64,000 bases of DNA, taken from NCBI GenBank assembly GCA_050298055.1, contig JBNKTL010000024.1, positions 1 to 64,000 on the forward strand, written 5' to 3'. The DNA comes from Spirochaetota bacterium. Its GTDB lineage: Bacteria > Spirochaetota > UBA4802 > UBA5550. Shown piece after piece: positions 60,157-64,000 of the stretch. The translations under genes were made by a program, and so were the position numbers. The notes below the pieces were generated by a model. That model searched no databases. It had not been told where the DNA came from and saw nothing but the letters and a program-made list of their open reading frames with translations. Position 1 is the stretch's first letter. The number at the start of each line of letters is the position of its first letter.

Positions 60157-60714
60157 ATGAACAATCAACATGAAAGAAGAATAATATTGATAAACAAAAA
60201 GTTCCAGTTTAAGATGATAATAAAATTCATCCTTATTAATATTATCATACTGACACTCTTCGGTTATCTCTGTTATATCTTTTTCGACAGTGAGATTGAA
60301 AGTAACCTGCAATCGGCACATGTGAGCTATACGAATTTCAGGGATATGCTCTTTCCTATTGTCCTTACCCTCTCGCTGATCAATATCATTCTCTCTTCAT
60401 TGATTATAAGCGGATATGTTCTCTATGCTTCCTTCAGGCTGGCAGGTCCCATGTACAGGTTTAATGAAATCAGCAGGGCCATTGGCGAAAGGGACCTCAA
60501 CCCGGTAACGAAGATCAGGAGTGATGACCAGTTCTCCGAATGCTCCAGGACAATATCCGCCTCCATGAAAATTCTCTCCGATGATATTGCCCTGATGAAA
60601 GATCATATTGGCAGCCTGAGAGATCTTACTGAGAAAAACGGTGAGAAAGGACTGCTCTTGGTTAAAATTAAAGAGCTGGAAAAGATAACCGGAAAGTACA
60701 GGCTTCAGGGGTAA
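60157..60714 (+). CDS. Two-TM HAMP-domain membrane protein lacking an output domain
   Basis: RR..LINKKFQ N terminus; SFRLAGPMYRF..RDL..IRSDDQF. Confidence 0.75.
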   Translation: MNNQHERRIILINKKFQFKMIIKFILINIIILTLFGYLCYIFFDSEIESNLQSAHVSYTNFRDMLFPIVLTLSLINIILSSLIISGYVLYASFRLAGPMYRFNEISRAIGERDLNPVTKIRSDDQFSECSRTISASMKILSDDIALMKDHIGSLRDLTEKNGEKGLLLVKIKELEKITGKYRLQG

Positions 60715-60764
60715 TTCTGTTCAGCGGCTTTCCCCCTGAAGCGGCCCCGTTCATTTCGCAGTCC

Positions 60765-61814
60765 TTAAAGCTTAAACTTCCGGGCCTCATCGATCTTGAG
60801 TTCAACAGGGCTCTTTTTGATGGCTGGCGGAAGCTGTATCATTGTAGAACCATCCAGACGGAAATCCACCAGTTTACTCTTAAAAGCGTCAAGAACGGAT
60901 TTTGACAGTGCCCTGGTACTGAACTCATTTACAACAGTGAGTATCATCTTATTAGCGATCTTCCTTATATTCCCGGTATTCCCTTTTACGAGCAGCTGGT
61001 TTTTCACATAGAAGTTATATTTCAGTTTTTTGAAATTCAAATGCGCCCGTGTTTTATTCTGGAGGACAATATCAAATTTTACCTTCAGCTTGAGATCAAG
61101 GTCTTTGGGTGCAACCTCTTTTGTGATATCTTTAGCGGATTTTTTCTTTTTAGAGAAGACCATATCGAGATAGTTAATGACCTTCTCGGGTTCTATGGAT
61201 TTCTTACCGGCCTTTCTCAGTGAATTGACAACATCACTCTTTTTCGGCATCTGGACCGTGAAGTTCATTATATCAATAGTCGGTTTAATGGCCGGGATCT
61301 TCCTGGACAGCTTGAAGGGGACAGACCATACCCTGGGAAACCCGGAAATCCCCACACGGGGAAGATTGATCAGGATGTCCCCTTTTATTGTCACATCCAG
61401 GTAGTCTTTAGACTGGTAAGCCCTGATGATCCGCATGATCTCGCTGTATTTCAGGTTAAGGGTAAACTGGTTGTTTCTTGATTTTTTCGCAGGGATTTTA
61501 AGCCCCTTTGCGGCGCTGGTTTTGAGAAAGGGCCTTTTCTCAATGTGCAGGTCCATGTTAACGCCCGCGAGGTTTATTCCCAGGGGATAGGGATTGCTTA
61601 TCTTCACATCAAAAAGAAATGTAATGTCCCGGAAGCTTATCTGTATGATATCAACATTTTCGATCTGCGCGGATGGCCGTTTTTTAAATATGGAGGAGTC
61701 CCGCAACCTGAAACCCGGCAGTGTGCTTATTGATATTATTGCAATGAATATCAGCATTAACCGCCTTTTCGTAAACTGCTTTCCCGATACCCTGTCTTTA
61801 TTGTTTCTTCCCAT
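60765..61814 (-). CDS. LEA type 2 / WHy domain protein
   Basis: [14 protein letters not shown]; tandem beta domains. Confidence 0.7.
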   Translation of the reverse strand: MGRNNKDRVSGKQFTKRRLMLIFIAIISISTLPGFRLRDSSIFKKRPSAQIENVDIIQISFRDITFLFDVKISNPYPLGINLAGVNMDLHIEKRPFLKTSAAKGLKIPAKKSRNNQFTLNLKYSEIMRIIRAYQSKDYLDVTIKGDILINLPRVGISGFPRVWSVPFKLSRKIPAIKPTIDIMNFTVQMPKKSDVVNSLRKAGKKSIEPEKVINYLDMVFSKKKKSAKDITKEVAPKDLDLKLKVKFDIVLQNKTRAHLNFKKLKYNFYVKNQLLVKGNTGNIRKIANKMILTVVNEFSTRALSKSVLDAFKSKLVDFRLDGSTMIQLPPAIKKSPVELKIDEARKFKL

Positions 61815-62086
61815 TGATTTACCCTCCTTTAGAGTATTATGTCAGCATAACCATCCGCAAACCACAATATTATTTACATATAAGAGGCTGTCTGTCAACA
61901 AAAATCAACGGGAACTGTCCGAGAACCGGGGAGTTGACAAAAAAACCGGTAACTCTGATAAACAATTGGAGTGTGATAACGGAATTGGAAACTTTTTACT
62001 TGACTTCCATACTTGCCGGATTATTGATACCCCTAAATATTATGGATTTGCTTTTAAATCCTTTTACAAAATTACAGGATAGAATC

Positions 62087-62851
62087 ATGATCGGGAAAAA
62101 GATCCGTCTTCAGAGAATAATCAACAGGAACACAAACAGGATAATTGTGGTCCCCCTGGACCATGGTGTTACAATAGGCCCTGTGAACGGCCTTATTGAC
62201 CTTGCGGGTACTGTGGACAAGATCGCGCGGGGAGGGGCCAATGCCATCCTTCAGCACAAAGGGATTGTGGCAACCGGTTTTCGGGACCGGGGGAAGGACA
62301 TCGGGCTGATTATTCATCTCTCTGCCAGCACCGTGCTTGCTCCCGATTCCAATGCGAAGACCCTTGTCTGTACCGTTGAGGAAGCAATGAAGATGGGAGC
62401 GGACGCGGTATCCATACATGTGAACATAGGCGCAAATACTGAGGCGGAGATGCTTGCCAATTTCGGTGAGGTTTCCCGGGCATGTCTTGAATGGCAGATG
62501 CCCCTTCTTGCCATGATGTATACCCGGGGCGAAAAGATAAAGGACGAGTACAATGGTGAAGTTGTAAAGCATGCGGCACGTGTAGGAGCAGAGCTTGGCG
62601 CGGATATTGTCAAAGTAAACTATACCGGGTCACCGGAAACATTCAGAGAAGTTGTGGAAGGATGCCCGGTACCTGTTGTCATTGCCGGCGGTGAAAAGAT
62701 GGAGAGTGATGAAGAGATACTGGCCATGGTTGAAGGAGCGGTCAGTGCCGGGGGCGCGGGCGTATCAATAGGAAGAAATATATTTCAGCACAGGGACCCC
62801 GAGGAGATTGTCGCAAAGATCTCCCGGATAGTACACGGAAGCCAGACATGA
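62087..62851 (+). CDS. aroA': 2-amino-3,7-dideoxy-D-threo-hept-6-ulosonate synthase (class I DhnA-type aldolase)
   Basis: [41 protein letters not shown]; coupled to DHQ synthase II. Confidence 0.88.
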   Translation: MIGKKIRLQRIINRNTNRIIVVPLDHGVTIGPVNGLIDLAGTVDKIARGGANAILQHKGIVATGFRDRGKDIGLIIHLSASTVLAPDSNAKTLVCTVEEAMKMGADAVSIHVNIGANTEAEMLANFGEVSRACLEWQMPLLAMMYTRGEKIKDEYNGEVVKHAARVGAELGADIVKVNYTGSPETFREVVEGCPVPVVIAGGEKMESDEEILAMVEGAVSAGGAGVSIGRNIFQHRDPEEIVAKISRIVHGSQT

Positions 62852-63852
62852 AAAAGTGCTGGGTGAGCCTCACAGAGTGGAACAAGGATATTGTTACCGA
62901 GTCCATAGAATCGGGTGTTAATGCAATACTGGCTTCCCCCCGGCTGGTCCCCCGGATCAGGGAGCTGGGAAGGATAGCGGTTGTATCGGAGAAGGATGGG
63001 GACCTCTCTATTCCCGGTGATGTTGAGATCGTTGAGATAAAGAATAAAAAGGATGAAGAATATGCCGCAGCCGCGCTGAATTCAAAGACCGTCATTGTCA
63101 GGACAACAGACTGGGACATCATCCCTATCGAAAATCTCATACCCCGGGGCGGCGAAAGGCTTTTTACCTATGTCAGGGACCTGGAAGACGCCAGACTTGC
63201 CGTGGAGATAATGGAAAAGGGGGTTGCAGGTCTGGTCCTGGAAACCTCCGATCCGGCCATTGTCTCCGAGGTCGCAGATTATATTAACGGGCTCAATGTG
63301 GAAAAAATTGACCTGGTCTCATTGGAGGTTACCGAGGTGAAGAACCTCGGTATCGGCGACAGGGTGTGCGTGGATACCTGCAGTAACCTGAATCCGGGGG
63401 AGGGACTCCTGGTGGGGAACTCCAGCAGCGGGATGTTTCTTGTGCATGCGGAAAACCTGGAAAATCCTTATGTGGATCCCCGGCCCTTCAGGGTGAATGC
63501 AGGGGCAGTCCACTCGTATATTCGTGTGCCCGGCAACAGGACGCGGTACCTGGGTGAGCTTTCCACCGGTGATACTGTCCTTGTTGCTGACAGTAAGGGG
63601 ACCGGGTCAACAGTCTATGTGGGGAGGTCCAAAATTGAGAAGAGGCCCATGCTTGCTGTTTTTGCACGTGACGAATCCGGAAAATCCCACTCGGTCATTC
63701 TGCAGAATGCCGAAACAATCAGGCTCACGGGGCTGAAGGGTGAAGCAATAAGCGTTGCCTCCCTTAAACCGGGAGACAGGATTCTCGGTTATGTTGAGAA
63801 GGGCGGCAGGCACTTTGGTATGGCAGTGGATGAAACGATTCTGGAAAAGTGA
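62848..63852 (+). CDS. aroB': 3-dehydroquinate synthase II
   Basis: [41 protein letters not shown]. Confidence 0.93.
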   Translation: MKKCWVSLTEWNKDIVTESIESGVNAILASPRLVPRIRELGRIAVVSEKDGDLSIPGDVEIVEIKNKKDEEYAAAALNSKTVIVRTTDWDIIPIENLIPRGGERLFTYVRDLEDARLAVEIMEKGVAGLVLETSDPAIVSEVADYINGLNVEKIDLVSLEVTEVKNLGIGDRVCVDTCSNLNPGEGLLVGNSSSGMFLVHAENLENPYVDPRPFRVNAGAVHSYIRVPGNRTRYLGELSTGDTVLVADSKGTGSTVYVGRSKIEKRPMLAVFARDESGKSHSVILQNAETIRLTGLKGEAISVASLKPGDRILGYVEKGGRHFGMAVDETILEK

Positions 63853-64000
63853 TTTATCCTGATTATTTTACTGTTTTTTTGAATTTTCTTTGACTAATTG
63901 TTTCTCTTTTTTTAAAATATGTTTTCCATAAGCTTTCCTGCTTTTGCTTTTTCAGATGTATACCGGTTTTAAAGTCTCAATGATATTTGCTTTAAAATTT

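Noticed and set aside
62042..62066. Attenuator upstream of aroA'
   Set aside because: Only a weak ggattt/aaatcc hairpin; no aromatic-rich leader peptide or T-box found.
61814..62086. N-terminal extension of the aldolase ORF
   Set aside because: Family-like sequence starts at MIGKKIRL (62087); the upstream part is the divergent promoter region.

Overview
Chromosomal window from a probably anaerobic, motile diderm bacterium, most likely an uncultured Spirochaetota/Leptospirae relative (inferred from a DUF1577-like PilZ protein, the flgN-flgK-flgL-fliW-csrA block, split coaC/coaB and many lipoproteins). Housekeeping genes include etfBA, rpmB, rsmD, glnS, gltX, thiL, mutL, coaC/B, lolC/E-lolD and archaeal-type aroA'/aroB'. 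Accessory blocks: (1) a Fur-DUF5320-NifX x2-COG1149 x2-Mrp cluster with two near-consensus Fur boxes; (2) an arsR-arsP-thioredoxin-arsF-arsG-like cluster followed by an AT-rich, cassette-array-like stretch with pseudogenes and a broken BrnT/intact BrnA pair; (3) a seven-gene SPFH-zinc ribbon/DUF4178 x2/GGK-tailed peptide/DUF350/membrane-SpeE operon of unknown function; (4) three CIRCE-controlled Hsp20 genes; (5) an FGE-sulfatase (CLec-fold) gene whose 3' end looks like a DGR variable region with no RT/TR in the window, followed by a 22-bp tandem repeat and a perfect 44-bp palindrome; (6) an astacin-porin-tetraheme cytochrome-HAMP operon. Several families of small intergenic palindromic or MITE-like repeats recur. 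I recognised no rRNA, tRNA, CRISPR array, transposase or integrase. All family assignments come from motif recognition by eye, not database searches.
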